Below are positions 1 through 11,142 of a DNA stretch of 64,000 bases, one piece after another. Source of the stretch: an uncultured Desulfatitalea sp. (GTDB lineage: Bacteria; Desulfobacterota; Desulfobacteria; Desulfobacterales; Desulfosarcinaceae); assembly GCA_963668675.2 (NCBI GenBank), contig CAXXMB010000001.1, positions 1,536,001 through 1,600,000 on the forward strand. The letters are read 5' to 3'. Position 1 is the first letter of the stretch; each line of letters opens with the position of its first letter. A program made the translations under genes and the position numbers. The notes beneath the pieces were generated by a model. It had not been told where the DNA came from and ran no database searches. It saw only the letters and a list, made by a program, of their open reading frames with translations.

Positions 1-782
1 GACAGGCCGTCTCCCAAATAGGCCTCGATGACCTTCGCATTTCGCTGAATCTCCTCGGGTGTCCCTGCTGCGATTTTTTCACCGTAATTGAGCACGGTGA
101 TTTCGTCGGAGATGTTCATGATCACTTTCATATCGTGCTCGACCAGCAGCACGGTGATTCCCCTCTCTTTGATCGCCCGAATCAGGCGCGCGGCTGTTTC
201 CGTTTCGGTTTCATTGAGACCGGCCGCCGGCTCATCCAGGCAGATAAGTAACGGATCTGTGGCCAAGGCACGGCCGATCTCCAGGATCTTCTGTTCGCCC
301 AAAGGCAGGTTCTCGGCCATGAGCTCGCTTTTCCCCTCCAGGCCGATGAATGCCAGCAACTCCATCGCCTCTGCTTCGAGAGACTTCTCCTGTCGCCGAA
401 TACTGGGCAAACCCAGGCCGCAGGCCAAGAAGGATCTGTTGACATGCAGGTGTTTACCCACCATGACATTTTCCAGAACCGTCATGTTGCTAAAAAGCTC
501 TACGGTCTGGAAGGTCCGCGAAATGCCCATGGCAGCAATCCGGTGCGGCTTCTTCCCGCTGATGGTACTGCCATTGAATCGGATGGTGCCCTCCGTCGGA
601 GGAAACACACCCGTGATCAAATTGAAAAGGGTTGTTTTTCCGGCACCGTTGGGGCCGATAATAGCCATGATGGTCCCTTTGGCCACTTGCAGGTTGATGT
701 TCATCAACGCTGTCAACCCGCCAAAGGCCATGACCAGCTCTTCTACTTCAAGTAAAGGCGAACGGGACCGATCGGATGCCAT
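1..782 (-). CDS. livG: Branched-chain amino acid ABC transporter ATP-binding protein (LivG-like), 3' end runs off the window
   Basis: Hand translation from ATG at 782: MASDRSRSPLLEVEELVMAFGGLTAL...IIGPNGAGKTTLFNLITG (Walker A), ending ...IEAYLGDGL at the window edge. Follows a livM-like gene. Not in the ORF track. Confidence 0.88.
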   Translation of the reverse strand, partial: MASDRSRSPLLEVEELVMAFGGLTALMNINLQVAKGTIMAIIGPNGAGKTTLFNLITGVFPPTEGTIRFNGSTISGKKPHRIAAMGISRTFQTVELFSNMTVLENVMVGKHLHVNRSFLACGLGLPSIRRQEKSLEAEAMELLAFIGLEGKSELMAENLPLGEQKILEIGRALATDPLLICLDEPAAGLNETETETAARLIRAIKERGITVLLVEHDMKVIMNISDEITVLNYGEKIAAGTPEEIQRNAKVIEAYLGDGL

Positions 783-788
783 GGTCGC

Positions 789-1742
789 CTATCTCCTTCC
801 CCGTCTCAGGATCTTGCCGGGCAAGCCAGTCAACCCTTCCGGCATGAAAACGGTAACCAGCAGCAGTACGCTACCGTAGACCAGGATTTCGAACTCGCCG
901 AAATGGTGCAACCACTCGAAACTCAAAAAAGCGAACAGTACGGCCCCGACCACCGCCCCCCAAATGCTGTGTGCTCCTCCCAAGGCCATCATAATGATCA
1001 ACTTGATGGAGAAGAAGGTGTCGAAGGTGGAGGGACTGATAAACATCATATAGTGGGCGTAAAGGCTCCCTGCCAAGGATGCCAGCAGGGCCGAATAGGC
1101 GAACACCATCACTTTGTATCTGGAGATGTCGACGCCCATGGCGCCGGCGGCCGGCTCGCTGACGTGAATTGCCCTGAGGGCCCTGCCGGTAGGCGACTGA
1201 ATGAGCCGGATGGTAAAAAAGAAGGCTGCGGCCACTATAGCCCATACCAAGTAGTAGTATTGGTTGATCGATTCAAGCGGATACCCGAACAGGGCCAACC
1301 CCGGGATCCCCCCCATGCCGTCGGGCCCGCCGGTCCACTCCAGCTCTTCCCTGAAGACGATGTTGACAATGATGCCGAAGGCCAGAGTGGCCATGGCCAG
1401 ATAGTGTCCGCGCAACCTCAGGGAGGGTGCCCCCACCGCGACAGCGACCAGCATCGCCAATAGAGCACCGATCAACATACAGAGCCAGGGATTGATGCCG
1501 AAATGGCTTGTCAAAATACCGGAGACATAGGCGCCAATACCGTAGAAGGCGGCGTGACCGAGTGAGATCTGGCCGGCATACCCCATCAACAGACTCAAGC
1601 CAATGGTGATAAGGCAGTAGATGCCAGCAAACACCATGAGATCGGGATAGTGTTCGACGGCCGGGAATCTTCCGGTTACCCAAGGAAAGAGAAGAATAAA
1701 AAGCACCCCTGCAACAATGGGCGCTTTGTGAATCCTCAGCAT
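789..1742 (-). CDS. livM: Branched-chain amino acid ABC transporter permease (LivM-like)
   Basis: GYAGQISLGHAAFYGIGAY, LRLRGHYLAMATLAFG and TGGPDG motifs. Confidence 0.9.
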   Translation of the reverse strand: MLRIHKAPIVAGVLFILLFPWVTGRFPAVEHYPDLMVFAGIYCLITIGLSLLMGYAGQISLGHAAFYGIGAYVSGILTSHFGINPWLCMLIGALLAMLVAVAVGAPSLRLRGHYLAMATLAFGIIVNIVFREELEWTGGPDGMGGIPGLALFGYPLESINQYYYLVWAIVAAAFFFTIRLIQSPTGRALRAIHVSEPAAGAMGVDISRYKVMVFAYSALLASLAGSLYAHYMMFISPSTFDTFFSIKLIIMMALGGAHSIWGAVVGAVLFAFLSFEWLHHFGEFEILVYGSVLLLVTVFMPEGLTGLPGKILRRGRR

Positions 1743-1744
1743 CG

Positions 1745-2647
1745 TTAAAACCTTTTAAACTTCGTTACTTCCAAATTACCCAAGATACCGCTGGGACGGA
1801 CGAAAAGAACCAGCAGAAGTATAATCAGCGCGTAGGCATCCTTGTAACCGGAGAGCAATAGCCCCGCCCCCCACGATTCGATCAGGCCGATCATCAGTCC
1901 GCCCAGAATCGCGCCCGGAAAACTTCCCAAGCCTCCGAGAATGGCTGCACCGAATCCTTTTATGGCCAGCATGGCGCCGCGGTCGTAGTCCATCAAAGCA
2001 ATGGGTGTGAGTGTCATGCCGGCAATGGCGCCGATCGCCGCGGAAAGGGCAAAAGACAACAGGACCATGTGCTGGACATTGATCCCGACCAGTCGAGCGG
2101 CGTCGGAGTTGTCAGCACAGGCGGACATCGCTTTTCCCAGTATGGTCCGATTGAAGAAGAGGGTCAGCCCGATGGCCACCACCACCAGAAAACCGATTAC
2201 CCACAGATATTGCGGCTGAAGTACGACGCCACCCAGTTCAATGGGAGTCCTTCCGGAAAAAGCCGGAAGATCATACGGTGACTTGCCCCAGATCAGCATG
2301 GCCGCTCCTTTGATCACAATGGATGCAGCGATGGTGGCAATAATCAAGGTCATCACCGATGGCTGCCGAATGGGCTTTATGGCCAATCGATCCAACAAAA
2401 TACCGGAGAAGGTCACCACCAAAACAGTGGTAATAAAGGCCAGGATCATGGGAAACCCAAGAGAGACGTGGATGAAGACCATGATCAAGCCGCCCAGCAT
2501 TACAAATTCTCCCTGCGCCAGATTGATAATTTCGGTAACGTTGTAGATGATATTGAAGCCAATGGCCACCATGGCATAGATCGCCCCAACGGTAAGACCG
2601 GTTACGGTGAATTGAAGTAGTTGGCTGGTAAAGGTGATGGTTTCCAT
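1745..2647 (-). CDS. livH: Branched-chain amino acid ABC transporter permease (LivH-like)
   Basis: GLTVGAIYAMVAIGFNIIY, INLAQGEFVMLG, ILGGLGS and RPSGILG motifs. ATG at 2647 chosen as start. Confidence 0.9.
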   Translation of the reverse strand: METITFTSQLLQFTVTGLTVGAIYAMVAIGFNIIYNVTEIINLAQGEFVMLGGLIMVFIHVSLGFPMILAFITTVLVVTFSGILLDRLAIKPIRQPSVMTLIIATIAASIVIKGAAMLIWGKSPYDLPAFSGRTPIELGGVVLQPQYLWVIGFLVVVAIGLTLFFNRTILGKAMSACADNSDAARLVGINVQHMVLLSFALSAAIGAIAGMTLTPIALMDYDRGAMLAIKGFGAAILGGLGSFPGAILGGLMIGLIESWGAGLLLSGYKDAYALIILLLVLFVRPSGILGNLEVTKFKRF

Positions 2648-2776
2648 TCTCAATTGCCAAGAGGATCAGAAAGCAAGGGCGGCGCGATTATCGGCCACCC
2701 TTGGCGTCTGTTTTCGGTAATACAGTATCAGATGCGCTGCACCCCCAAAGCCGACCCATGGGGTAACAAGGGCGAA

Positions 2777-3934
2777 CTATTTTACGAGTGCCCAATCGCC
2801 GTCCTTCACCACCACCATTTGAAAGGCCTCCTTGGTCAGGCCGTTGTGATCGTCAGGTGCGAAGTTGAAAACCCCGTGCTGGCCGACGAAACCCTTCCTG
2901 TTCTCCAGGTGTGACCGAATCTTGGCTTTGGCGTCACCGGCCGATTTAATGGCATCGACCACGAGTTGAATGGCATCCCAGGCGTGACCGCCAAAAGAGC
3001 TCAACGGCTCGTTATATTTGGCCATATAGCTTTTATGATAATCCATGGTCACCTGTTTCTGAGGATGGTCGGCTGGCAGTAGCTCTGCGATGTTGCAGGC
3101 TCCTAACGGACAATAGACGCCTTCGGCGGCACCGGCGGCCAGTTCGATGTTCTTTCGGCTACCGAAGCCATGGCTCTGGAAGAAGGTGATGTGGGTCATG
3201 CCGAGGTCGCGCCAATTGCGCAGCACGGTGACCTGGGAAGGTCCAACAGACCAGTTGATGATAGCTTGGGGCGCCAATCCCTTTATTTTCGTAAGCTGGG
3301 CTGTCATATCGGTGTCTTTGGGATCGTATTTTTCATCAGCGACGATCTCCATCTGATAATCCGCCGCCAAGCGCAACAGCTCATGCCGTCCGCTGGCCCC
3401 AAACCCTGAAGTTACTGTAATAATGGCTATTTTTTTAATACCCATCGATTGCATCTGGGTATATATGGCCTCTACCGCCATACTGTCCGTCTGGGGGGTT
3501 TTAAAAACCCATTTGTAGGGTTTTCCGGTTTTGTCATTATGAACAATCTTGTAGCTGGCCGCACACGATACCAACGGTGTTTTGTATCTTTCAAACACCG
3601 GGATGACAGCCACACTCAGGCCACTCACCGAGGGTCCTATAACGGCCAGTACCTTGTCCTGACTGATCAGCTTCTTCGCATACAGATTGCATTTGGTGGG
3701 GTCGGTCTCGTCATCATAGACAATAAGTTCGAGCTTTTCGCCATTGATACCCCCGTCAGCGTTGATTTGATCTACCACCATCTGGGCTGTTTTCTTTTCA
3801 GGGTCCCCAAGAAACGAAGCGCCCCCTGTCACTGAAAAAATTGCGCCTACTTTATACGTCGCCATGGCCGGCTTAGATAAGAATCCACAGATCACCAGAC
3901 CCGCTATAGCTGCAATCGCCATCTTTTTTACCAT
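2777..3934 (-). CDS. ABC transporter periplasmic substrate-binding protein (LivK/LivJ family)
   Basis: Signal peptide, INADGGINGEKLELIVYDD and DMTAQLTKIK motifs. GGAGG SD at 3941-3945 favours ATG 3934. Confidence 0.88.
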   Translation of the reverse strand: MVKKMAIAAIAGLVICGFLSKPAMATYKVGAIFSVTGGASFLGDPEKKTAQMVVDQINADGGINGEKLELIVYDDETDPTKCNLYAKKLISQDKVLAVIGPSVSGLSVAVIPVFERYKTPLVSCAASYKIVHNDKTGKPYKWVFKTPQTDSMAVEAIYTQMQSMGIKKIAIITVTSGFGASGRHELLRLAADYQMEIVADEKYDPKDTDMTAQLTKIKGLAPQAIINWSVGPSQVTVLRNWRDLGMTHITFFQSHGFGSRKNIELAAGAAEGVYCPLGACNIAELLPADHPQKQVTMDYHKSYMAKYNEPLSSFGGHAWDAIQLVVDAIKSAGDAKAKIRSHLENRKGFVGQHGVFNFAPDDHNGLTKEAFQMVVVKDGDWALVK

Positions 3935-4082
3935 GATCATCCTCCTTGAATAAACCTGTCTAAATTAGGTGCAGTGGCATTAGCGCTTCCGAATCCGAGC
4001 GTTGCTCTCCCGAGCGATATGACCTCAAGATCGGAACCCAAGCAATGAGCATAGATATGCCACCCCTCATCCGCTCAACACG

Positions 4083-4595
4083 TCACGCACCACCTGACGG
4101 ATTTTCATCTCTTCGCAGGGACGTTTCGAAATCTTTGAAAAACTGGTTGCGCTCCTTCCAATCCGCACCGAACCGCTTACTGAAAAGGTCGCCCAGTTTA
4201 TCGAACAGCCTGGCCCACCGGGGCTTGCTTCCACCAATTATGATGTCAGCCAGGTAATCGTCGAGTTCACTCATTTTCTCCTTGGGGAGAAAACTTACAG
4301 CGCCCAGCCGAATCGATTTTTCAAGGGCCTGGGGCGTCAGGGCATACGCCGTCAGCATCACTGCTGGGAATCCCCGTTTGACGGCCATCTTGAGCAGCTC
4401 AAACCCGTTGACGCCCATGATGTCGAACACAACGATATCGTATGTAAAACTCATCAGATACTGGCGCGCCGTTTCAAAATCCCGCGCTTTGGTCACCATG
4501 CAGGTATCCAGTATGTCGGCGACAGTATCGAGTACATCGGGTTCATCATCCACCACCAGCACCACTTTGTCCTTTAGGATTTGCGATGGATCCAT
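4083..4595 (-). CDS. Single-domain response regulator (REC) with short C-terminal extension
   Basis: VLVVDDE, phosphoacceptor VFDIMGVNG, MLTA and FLPK motifs. Confidence 0.85.
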   Translation of the reverse strand: MDPSQILKDKVVLVVDDEPDVLDTVADILDTCMVTKARDFETARQYLMSFTYDIVVFDIMGVNGFELLKMAVKRGFPAVMLTAYALTPQALEKSIRLGAVSFLPKEKMSELDDYLADIIIGGSKPRWARLFDKLGDLFSKRFGADWKERNQFFKDFETSLRRDENPSGGA

Positions 4596-4766
4596 CAAAT
4601 GATCACTCCATTTTTATTCGGGGGCTCTGGTGGTCCTATCCAGCAGGTTATGATGGTTTAGCGCAAAAGGGTGGCATAATCAATATGCAATTGCCCTTCA
4701 GGCGCTACACTCTTCCCATGGTATCCGCACCATGATGCTATTCGCGGCAGTTGAATGGTAGCAGTG

Positions 4767-5606
4767 TTACGGTTTTCCGAATAGGACCTTCAGCAGACGC
4801 CCTTCTTCACGGACAAAAACAGCGTCTCTGCCAATGCCAACGATAAAAAAGCCTTCAAGATTGCCGCCCTCCCTCACGATCCGGTTATTGACGACGGCCA
4901 TGCGCTCGGTCGGTTCCGGCGCCCAGGCAATCGCCTGTACTTTAAGACGCCCATCGTTTAGTCGCTGGGCCCCCGCATAGGGGTCTTCCTCTCTCTCTGT
5001 GGCACGTGGAGGCTTTTGGGGATTGGTGTTTGTTTTGGCAGCCGTGCTTTGTAATTGCGATGTCGCAGGTGCATCGGGTGTACCTCCGCCGGCGACCGCT
5101 GTCACCCGTGCCGGCGGTCCAGCCATTTTTGGCTCATCAGCGCGTGAAGGTGTCGTTTGACGCATCTTGGACCGTTCGATATGCGATGCCCTATGTGCCG
5201 ATCCGGCCGGTTGTCCTCCTGTTGGTCTACTGGAAGGGCTGCCCGGTTTGGCCAACAGCGTTTCCCTCGATTCGAATTTAGCAGCAGGTGCTGAATTGGA
5301 CGATGGGCCTCTGACGTTAGCTGCGGTTGAAGGTCGGTGCTTTCCCCGTTTTTCCAGTGGCGCCAGGATGGTTTCCCTCTCCTTTTTTGGATGACTGAGA
5401 AGCAACCCGGAAACAGTGATGATGCCGATGATGAACAACAAGGCGATGAATACCCATAAAACCATCCGGTTTCGAAGAAGGGAAAATGCGCTTTGGCGAT
5501 GCAGGGTCTTGCGCACATTAAAATCACCGGCACTAAGACCCCCGCCGCCTTTTTGCGGCTCCTGCTCCGTCTCCAGCCGCTTCAGTGCCTTTAGGATCGT
5601 GCTCAC
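4767..5606 (-). CDS. GspB/ExeB-like type II secretion accessory protein
   Basis: MSTILKALKRLE N-terminus, one TM helix, Pro/Ser-rich linker, C-terminal AIAWAPEPTERMAVVNNRIVREG. GTG overlaps the exeA stop. Confidence 0.75.
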   Translation of the reverse strand: MSTILKALKRLETEQEPQKGGGGLSAGDFNVRKTLHRQSAFSLLRNRMVLWVFIALLFIIGIITVSGLLLSHPKKERETILAPLEKRGKHRPSTAANVRGPSSNSAPAAKFESRETLLAKPGSPSSRPTGGQPAGSAHRASHIERSKMRQTTPSRADEPKMAGPPARVTAVAGGGTPDAPATSQLQSTAAKTNTNPQKPPRATEREEDPYAGAQRLNDGRLKVQAIAWAPEPTERMAVVNNRIVREGGNLEGFFIVGIGRDAVFVREEGRLLKVLFGKP

Positions 5607-7396
5607 ACGCCGCCTCGCTCCTCTTGCTCACTCAATTTCGGATAGGTGACCGCGTTGGCTTCTTTGATCAGCAATATTTTGGTAAGGGGACCGATAAGAC
5701 CATCCGGTACAAGATGGTGGCGTTTCTGGAAATCAAGGATCGCCGCCCTGGTTTGTCTATCGAATACTGGATTCATACCAATCTGGTCGTAACCCGCTTT
5801 TCGCAACAGGTTTTTGATTGAATTTACGGCCTTTTCCGGCGCACCTTCTGTAATCAAAGCGTCGAAGCCGATTATATTTCTCCAATAAATATAAGCATTT
5901 CCCTGCAAATAGGGCAGAAGGCTTTCGAGGTCCGTTTCAATGCTGGAGGCGCTCCCGTCGATCCGCAGATAGATGGTGCCTTGCTCCCACTTCTCCAGTG
6001 TGGCAAAAGCGAGCTGACCGGAATTCCCTCTCTTTAAAGAGATGATAGCAGGTAAATTTAAATGCCTGACCAGCGCCCAATCGGACTGGATGGCATACAT
6101 CCGCAACCCATACTGGTGGGCGGCAATATCAAAATAGTCAGTATCACCAGCTACGGCAGGCAGTTGCGCTCGATTGGGATGGGGTTGCTGCCATAATGTC
6201 AAAAGACGTCCGACAGCGCTAAAGCGGCTTCCCTGGTAGTCAAGTGTAGCCAACACGTTTTGCAGGGTGTTGCCCGAATTGCTCTTTGACGTCTGCCCAG
6301 CCGTGGTGTTTGGGTTCGTTTTGCGACGTTCCGGTTGCAGTGCTGTGGGAACTGAGGTCGGGGCAGCTTTATGTATTTTGAATGTTTTTATCGTGTCTGG
6401 CGTCTCTTTTAAAAGCGGTTCAGGTTCTGAAACAGCTGCTTTTTGTTCATTGGCTGTACTCTCGTGAGGAATCAAGAGTGCACCGATTGGCTCTCTGTTC
6501 ATAAAAATCGCTCCTGCCGCAACCAACAGAGCCAATGAGCCCCCTGCCCACAGCAGCCATCTAAAATAGGGAGGATGCACCTTATGAGGACCGCGACTGG
6601 AGAGCTCCTGAATCGCTATCTTGGCGACCGCCGGCGTCACCTTGGGTTTTCCAAGGCTGAATGCCGTCAGCAACGCCCGGTCACAGGCAATATTGATCAT
6701 GCGCGGGATGCCATGTGAATACTTAAAGATGAGACGGCAGGCGCCTGGCGTAAACAGCGTTAACGAACGCTGTGCGGCGATGTGAACGCGATGGTGGATA
6801 TAGCTGATGGTCTCGTTTATCTTAAGTGGTGAAAGGTAGGCCGACAGAGAGATACGCTGGGCCAACTGCCGCAGTTCGTACGAATCGAGTTTATCACTCA
6901 ATTCCGGCTGGCCGACCAGTATGATCTGCAACAATTTACTGCGCGTGGTCTCCAGATTGGACAGCATCCGAATCATTTCCAGATTTTCAACGCTGAGATT
7001 CTGAGCTTCATCGATCAGCAGGACAACTTTACTGCCCTTTTTATTTTTTAGAATCAAATAGCCATTGATCACATCCAGAAGCTTCTTCAGGCTGGTGTGA
7101 TTGGTTTGAATGCCAAACTCATTACAGATGGAGGTGAGTAGCTCAACGGAGTCGAGTTTAGGATTGAAAATATAGGCAGACGCAGTGGTGTCGTCCAATC
7201 TTTCGAGAAAATTGCGACACAGAGTGGTTTTGCCAGTGCCGACTTCACCGGTAATCACCACAAAACCGTCACCTTGGCTGACAGCATAGGTAAGGTGTGC
7301 CAGTGCAATCTCGTGGTGCTTGCTCAAATACAGATAATCTGGATTTGGCACCAGCTTGAAAGGTTTTTCCCGCAGTCCGAAAAAGGTATTGTACAT
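5603..7396 (-). CDS. ExeA/GspA-family AAA ATPase with C-terminal peptidoglycan-binding domain
   Basis: MYNTFFGLREKPF, Walker A GEVGTGKT, LLIDEAQNL, LVGQPEL, GIPRMIN. C-terminal FQKRHHLVPDGLIGPLT resembles PG_binding_1. Confidence 0.88.
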   Translation of the reverse strand: MYNTFFGLREKPFKLVPNPDYLYLSKHHEIALAHLTYAVSQGDGFVVITGEVGTGKTTLCRNFLERLDDTTASAYIFNPKLDSVELLTSICNEFGIQTNHTSLKKLLDVINGYLILKNKKGSKVVLLIDEAQNLSVENLEMIRMLSNLETTRSKLLQIILVGQPELSDKLDSYELRQLAQRISLSAYLSPLKINETISYIHHRVHIAAQRSLTLFTPGACRLIFKYSHGIPRMINIACDRALLTAFSLGKPKVTPAVAKIAIQELSSRGPHKVHPPYFRWLLWAGGSLALLVAAGAIFMNREPIGALLIPHESTANEQKAAVSEPEPLLKETPDTIKTFKIHKAAPTSVPTALQPERRKTNPNTTAGQTSKSNSGNTLQNVLATLDYQGSRFSAVGRLLTLWQQPHPNRAQLPAVAGDTDYFDIAAHQYGLRMYAIQSDWALVRHLNLPAIISLKRGNSGQLAFATLEKWEQGTIYLRIDGSASSIETDLESLLPYLQGNAYIYWRNIIGFDALITEGAPEKAVNSIKNLLRKAGYDQIGMNPVFDRQTRAAILDFQKRHHLVPDGLIGPLTKILLIKEANAVTYPKLSEQEERGGV

Positions 7397-7566
7397 GACG
7401 CTGCCCGTCTCCAACGAGATCTCATTGACATATCATAACTATATATCGCAAATAATTCAAAGGTTTCAACCCCTCGACGCAGATATATGATGAAAGTGGA
7501 CTTCCCGTTCTGTTTTCACCATTATCAGAACGAGCATTAATGTATGTGTATCGCCGGAGGTTGGCT

Positions 7567-7611
7567 AAAAAAAATGGGCTTTTCCCCGAAACGAACATGG
7601 AGAAAAGCCCA
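7567..7611 (-). terminator. Intrinsic terminator closing the alpha operon
   Basis: Stem tgggcttttc (7575-7584) / gaaaagccca (7602-7611), followed on the minus strand by a T-run (A-run 7567-7574), just after the rplQ stop. Confidence 0.8.
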
Positions 7612-7631
7612 AAGAAGAGATGTGGCAGGAA

Positions 7632-8309
7632 CTATTCCTCTTGCTTTTTCGATGTTTCCTCTTCAGCCTGGTCTGGGGCATCTTGCTCTGCCGTGGGCTG
7701 ATCGGCCTCGGCACTCTCGGGGCTAGCTTCAACCTCCCCTGCAACCGCTTCCTTATCTTCCTGAGCCTTGACCTCTTCAGCCTCAGGCGCAGCTTCCACA
7801 GCTTCCGGTTCTGCTGACGTTTCCTCTTGCGGTGTCTCTTCTGATGGTTTGGACTCAACCTCATCCGCCGGGACACTCGCTTTGGGTGTTTGCGTTTCAA
7901 CCTTTGCCTTTGGTTTGGCCTTAGGCTTTTTCTTGTCTTTTTTGGCTATTTCTTCGTATGCGACGAGCTCTATCAACGAGACGGAAGCTGCGTCTCCAGG
8001 GCGCGTGCCTATTTTTATGATACGCGTATAACCGCCATTCATTTTACCGAAGCGCTCCTCTGCCTCTTCGAACAGTTTGTGCACCACGCTCTTTTCACGC
8101 ATGATGGAAAGCACCTGTCTCCTGGCATGCAGATCGCCCTTCTTGGCCAAAGTGATGACATGATCCGCCCATCGGCGCAACTCTTTGGCCTTGGTGTCAG
8201 TGGTTTGAATACGATCATATTTGAACAGGGAGGTCACCATGTTTCGAAACATGGCCTGCCTGTGGCTGGTGGTTCGGCCGATTTTTATACCAGATCTTCT
8301 ATGTCTCAT
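7632..8309 (-). CDS. rplQ: 50S ribosomal protein L17 with long low-complexity C-terminal extension
   Basis: MRHRRSG...[17 protein letters not shown]...GGYTRIIK...RPGDAA; position after rpoA. Confidence 0.97.
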   Translation of the reverse strand: MRHRRSGIKIGRTTSHRQAMFRNMVTSLFKYDRIQTTDTKAKELRRWADHVITLAKKGDLHARRQVLSIMREKSVVHKLFEEAEERFGKMNGGYTRIIKIGTRPGDAASVSLIELVAYEEIAKKDKKKPKAKPKAKVETQTPKASVPADEVESKPSEETPQEETSAEPEAVEAAPEAEEVKAQEDKEAVAGEVEASPESAEADQPTAEQDAPDQAEEETSKKQEE

Positions 8310-8317
8310 GGCAACTA

Positions 8318-9349
8318 TTACTCCCCTTCTTCTTCTTCTGCATCTTCAGGTGGTGGGACAAAGCCTTCTATTTTCATACCCAGGGAGAGCCCCATCTCCG
8401 TTAGAACTTCCTTGATTTCATTTAAGGATTTACGACCGAAATTTTTTGTTTTGAGCATTTCGTTTTCGGTTTTTTGAACAAGTTGATAGATCTTGTTGAT
8501 CTCTGCATTTTTGAGACAGTTGGCGCTTCTTACAGAGAGTTCCAGTTCATCTACGCTGCGGTAGAGGTTATCGTTAAATTCAACCTGTTCGTCCTCACTG
8601 GTTGTTTTGTTCGTATCGGGTTCGACTTCTTCGTCGAAATTGATAAAGATCGATAACTGATCTTTGAAAATCTTTGCAGCGTAAGCGACGGCATCCTCAG
8701 GGCTGATGCTTCCATCCGTCCATACTTCCAGTGTCAGCTTGTCGTAATCGGTTCGCTGTCCGACACGGGCGTTGCCAACGACATAGTTAACTCGCTTGAT
8801 CGGTGAAAATACGGCATCAATAGGAATCGTACCTATAGGTGCCTCCTCCTCCTTGTTGGCTTCCGACAGCGCATATCCCTTACCACCTTTAACCGTCATC
8901 TCCATTTCAAGCTTTCCCTCTGCAGAGAGACTGGCGATGGGCAGATCGGGATTGAGGACATCAATGGCACCATCCGGGCTGACGAGTTGACCGGCCGTTA
9001 CAACGCCTTCGCCACTGGCCTTGCAGGTCAGCTTGCGCGGCTGATAATCTTTGCTCCTCAGGCGGACCTGTTTAAGATTCAATATGATTTCAGAGACATC
9101 TTCTAACACGCCAGAGACAACACTGAACTCATGCTGGACGCCCTCGATTCTCACGGATGTAATCGCGGCACCGTATAAAGAAGAGAGGATAATGCGGCGC
9201 AGGGAGTTACCTAAAGTCGTACCGAATCCGCGTTCAAGCGGCTCGCATACGAACTTCCCGTATTCAGGCGTGCTGGATACTTGCACTTTTTCCGGCTTAA
9301 TCATTTCCCGCCAGTTCACGTACATAAGTTCATTTGATGGCATACCCAT
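8318..9349 (-). CDS. rpoA: RNA polymerase subunit alpha
   Basis: [46 protein letters not shown]. Confidence 0.98.
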   Translation of the reverse strand: MGMPSNELMYVNWREMIKPEKVQVSSTPEYGKFVCEPLERGFGTTLGNSLRRIILSSLYGAAITSVRIEGVQHEFSVVSGVLEDVSEIILNLKQVRLRSKDYQPRKLTCKASGEGVVTAGQLVSPDGAIDVLNPDLPIASLSAEGKLEMEMTVKGGKGYALSEANKEEEAPIGTIPIDAVFSPIKRVNYVVGNARVGQRTDYDKLTLEVWTDGSISPEDAVAYAAKIFKDQLSIFINFDEEVEPDTNKTTSEDEQVEFNDNLYRSVDELELSVRSANCLKNAEINKIYQLVQKTENEMLKTKNFGRKSLNEIKEVLTEMGLSLGMKIEGFVPPPEDAEEEEGE

Positions 9350-9417
9350 TCTCCAGCCTTAGGAATTAATAATTTTTGATGCCGAGCTTTAAGCAAGAGG
9401 TCAATTGTTGTTAAGAC

Positions 9418-10047
9418 TTACTTGGAATAGAGCTCAACAATGAGCTGCTCCTGCATCGGCATGGTCAGATCGTCACGGACAGGCAGGCTCTTGACAACAC
9501 CTTTCATTTTATCCTTTTCAAGATCCAACCACTGGGGAACGCCTCTCCGGACAACCGCTTCTATAGAGTCCGCTATGGCTTGCACCTTCTGGCTTTTCTC
9601 CCTAATCGTGATCTCATCGCCGACCCGAATCAAGTAGGACGGAATATTCACGCTCGTTCCATTCACCAGAAAATGGTTGTGCCGTACGAAATGTCTGCCC
9701 TGGGTCCTCGAATTGGTAAATCCCAATCGATAGACCACATTATCCAGACGCCGCTCAAGGAGCACCAAAAGGTTACTGCCGGTAATCCCCTTCTGACGAT
9801 CGGCAGCGACGAAGCAGAGGTGAAATTGCTTCTCGGACAAGCCGTACATGCGTTTCACCTTCTGTTTTTCCCGCAACTGAATACCGTAATCAGATGTTTT
9901 GCCGCGTCTGCGTTGACCGTGTTCGCCCGGAGCGTAACCGCGCCGATCAAAAGCGCACTTATCGGAATAACAACGATCGCCTTTAAGGAACAGCTTAATG
10001 TTTTCCCTTCGGCATATTCTACATACCGAACCAGTATATCGTGCCAA
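9418..10047 (-). CDS. rpsD: 30S ribosomal protein S4
   Basis: [43 protein letters not shown] start at 10047 behind an AGGAGG SD. Confidence 0.97.
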   Translation of the reverse strand: MARYTGSVCRICRRENIKLFLKGDRCYSDKCAFDRRGYAPGEHGQRRRGKTSDYGIQLREKQKVKRMYGLSEKQFHLCFVAADRQKGITGSNLLVLLERRLDNVVYRLGFTNSRTQGRHFVRHNHFLVNGTSVNIPSYLIRVGDEITIREKSQKVQAIADSIEAVVRRGVPQWLDLEKDKMKGVVKSLPVRDDLTMPMQEQLIVELYSK

Positions 10048-10125
10048 TATTGCCTCCTTTAGCAATGGAGCGAATTTGGTTTACCATGTGATGGTTTAAA
10101 CCAATTCCATATCAAAATAGCGGTA

Positions 10126-10512
10126 TTACACCCTTCTACGTTTCGGGGGGCGACATCCATTATGAGGGATAGGTGTTACATCCTTTATCATGGTGACCGT
10201 AAATCCCGCAGCCTGCAATGCCCGCAGGGCTGACTCGCGACCCGACCCCGGTCCTTTTACATATACCTCGACACTTCGCATGCCATGTTCCATTGCTTTT
10301 TTGGCTGCATCTTCGGCGGTCAATTGGGCTGCAAAAGGGGTACTCTTGCGTGACCCTTTAAAGCCCATGACCCCTGAACTCGACCATGAGATGACATTGC
10401 CGGTCGTATCAGTAATCGTAATGATGGTGTTGTTAAATGTCGATTGGATATGAACAACACCACTGGCGATATTTTTTTTCTCTTTTTTCTTAGTACGGGT
10501 TTTTCTTGGCAT
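10126..10512 (-). CDS. rpsK: 30S ribosomal protein S11
   Basis: [33 protein letters not shown]. Confidence 0.98.
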   Translation of the reverse strand: MPRKTRTKKKEKKNIASGVVHIQSTFNNTIITITDTTGNVISWSSSGVMGFKGSRKSTPFAAQLTAEDAAKKAMEHGMRSVEVYVKGPGSGRESALRALQAAGFTVTMIKDVTPIPHNGCRPPKRRRV

Positions 10513-10539
10513 CTCTTACATCCCTTAGCGGTTAGCTGG

Positions 10540-10923
10540 CTACTTCTTTTTTGCCGCACCTTTTTTCTTAACTGCAGAGCGTTTGGGGCCTTTTCTCGTC
10601 CTTGCATTGGTGCTGGTACGCTGCCCATTCACCGGCAACCCCCGCCGATGTCTCAATCCCCGATAACAACCAAGATCCATGAGTCGTTTGATGTTCATGG
10701 AGATCTCGGTACGCAACTCACCTTCAACCTTGAATTTGCTGTCGATCACCTTACGGATGTCATTGACCTCACTGTCCGTAAGATTGTCTGTCAGCGTATC
10801 GGGATCAATATTGAGCTGCGTTAAGATAACATTCGAACTCGAGCGACCAATACCATAGATGTAGGTCAGCGCGATTTCGACTCGTTTGCGTCTTGGTAAG
10901 TCTACACCCGCAATTCGTGCCAA
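10540..10923 (-). CDS. rpsM: 30S ribosomal protein S13
   Basis: [39 protein letters not shown] start. Confidence 0.98.
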   Translation of the reverse strand: MARIAGVDLPRRKRVEIALTYIYGIGRSSSNVILTQLNIDPDTLTDNLTDSEVNDIRKVIDSKFKVEGELRTEISMNIKRLMDLGCYRGLRHRRGLPVNGQRTSTNARTRKGPKRSAVKKKGAAKKK

Positions 10924-10948
10924 AGCGAATCCTCCTTAAATAAGGCTT

Positions 10949-11062
10949 TTAACCCTGTCTTTGCTTGTGTCGTTTGTTTGCACAAATGACCCTCACAACG
11001 CCTTTGCGGCGGACGATTTTACATTTGCTGCAAATTTTCTTAACTGATGCCCTGACCTTCAT
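10949..11062 (-). CDS. rpmJ: 50S ribosomal protein L36 (zinc-binding type)
   Basis: Hand translation [37 protein letters not shown] (37 aa, below the ORF-track cutoff). Confidence 0.97.
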   Translation of the reverse strand: MKVRASVKKICSKCKIVRRKGVVRVICANKRHKQRQG

Positions 11063-11142
11063 TTTCTTAGCTCCTATGTGGAATGCGCCGGTTTGACGAC
11101 GATATGCGATCTACTACCTACTAACCCTCTTTTCCACGAACG

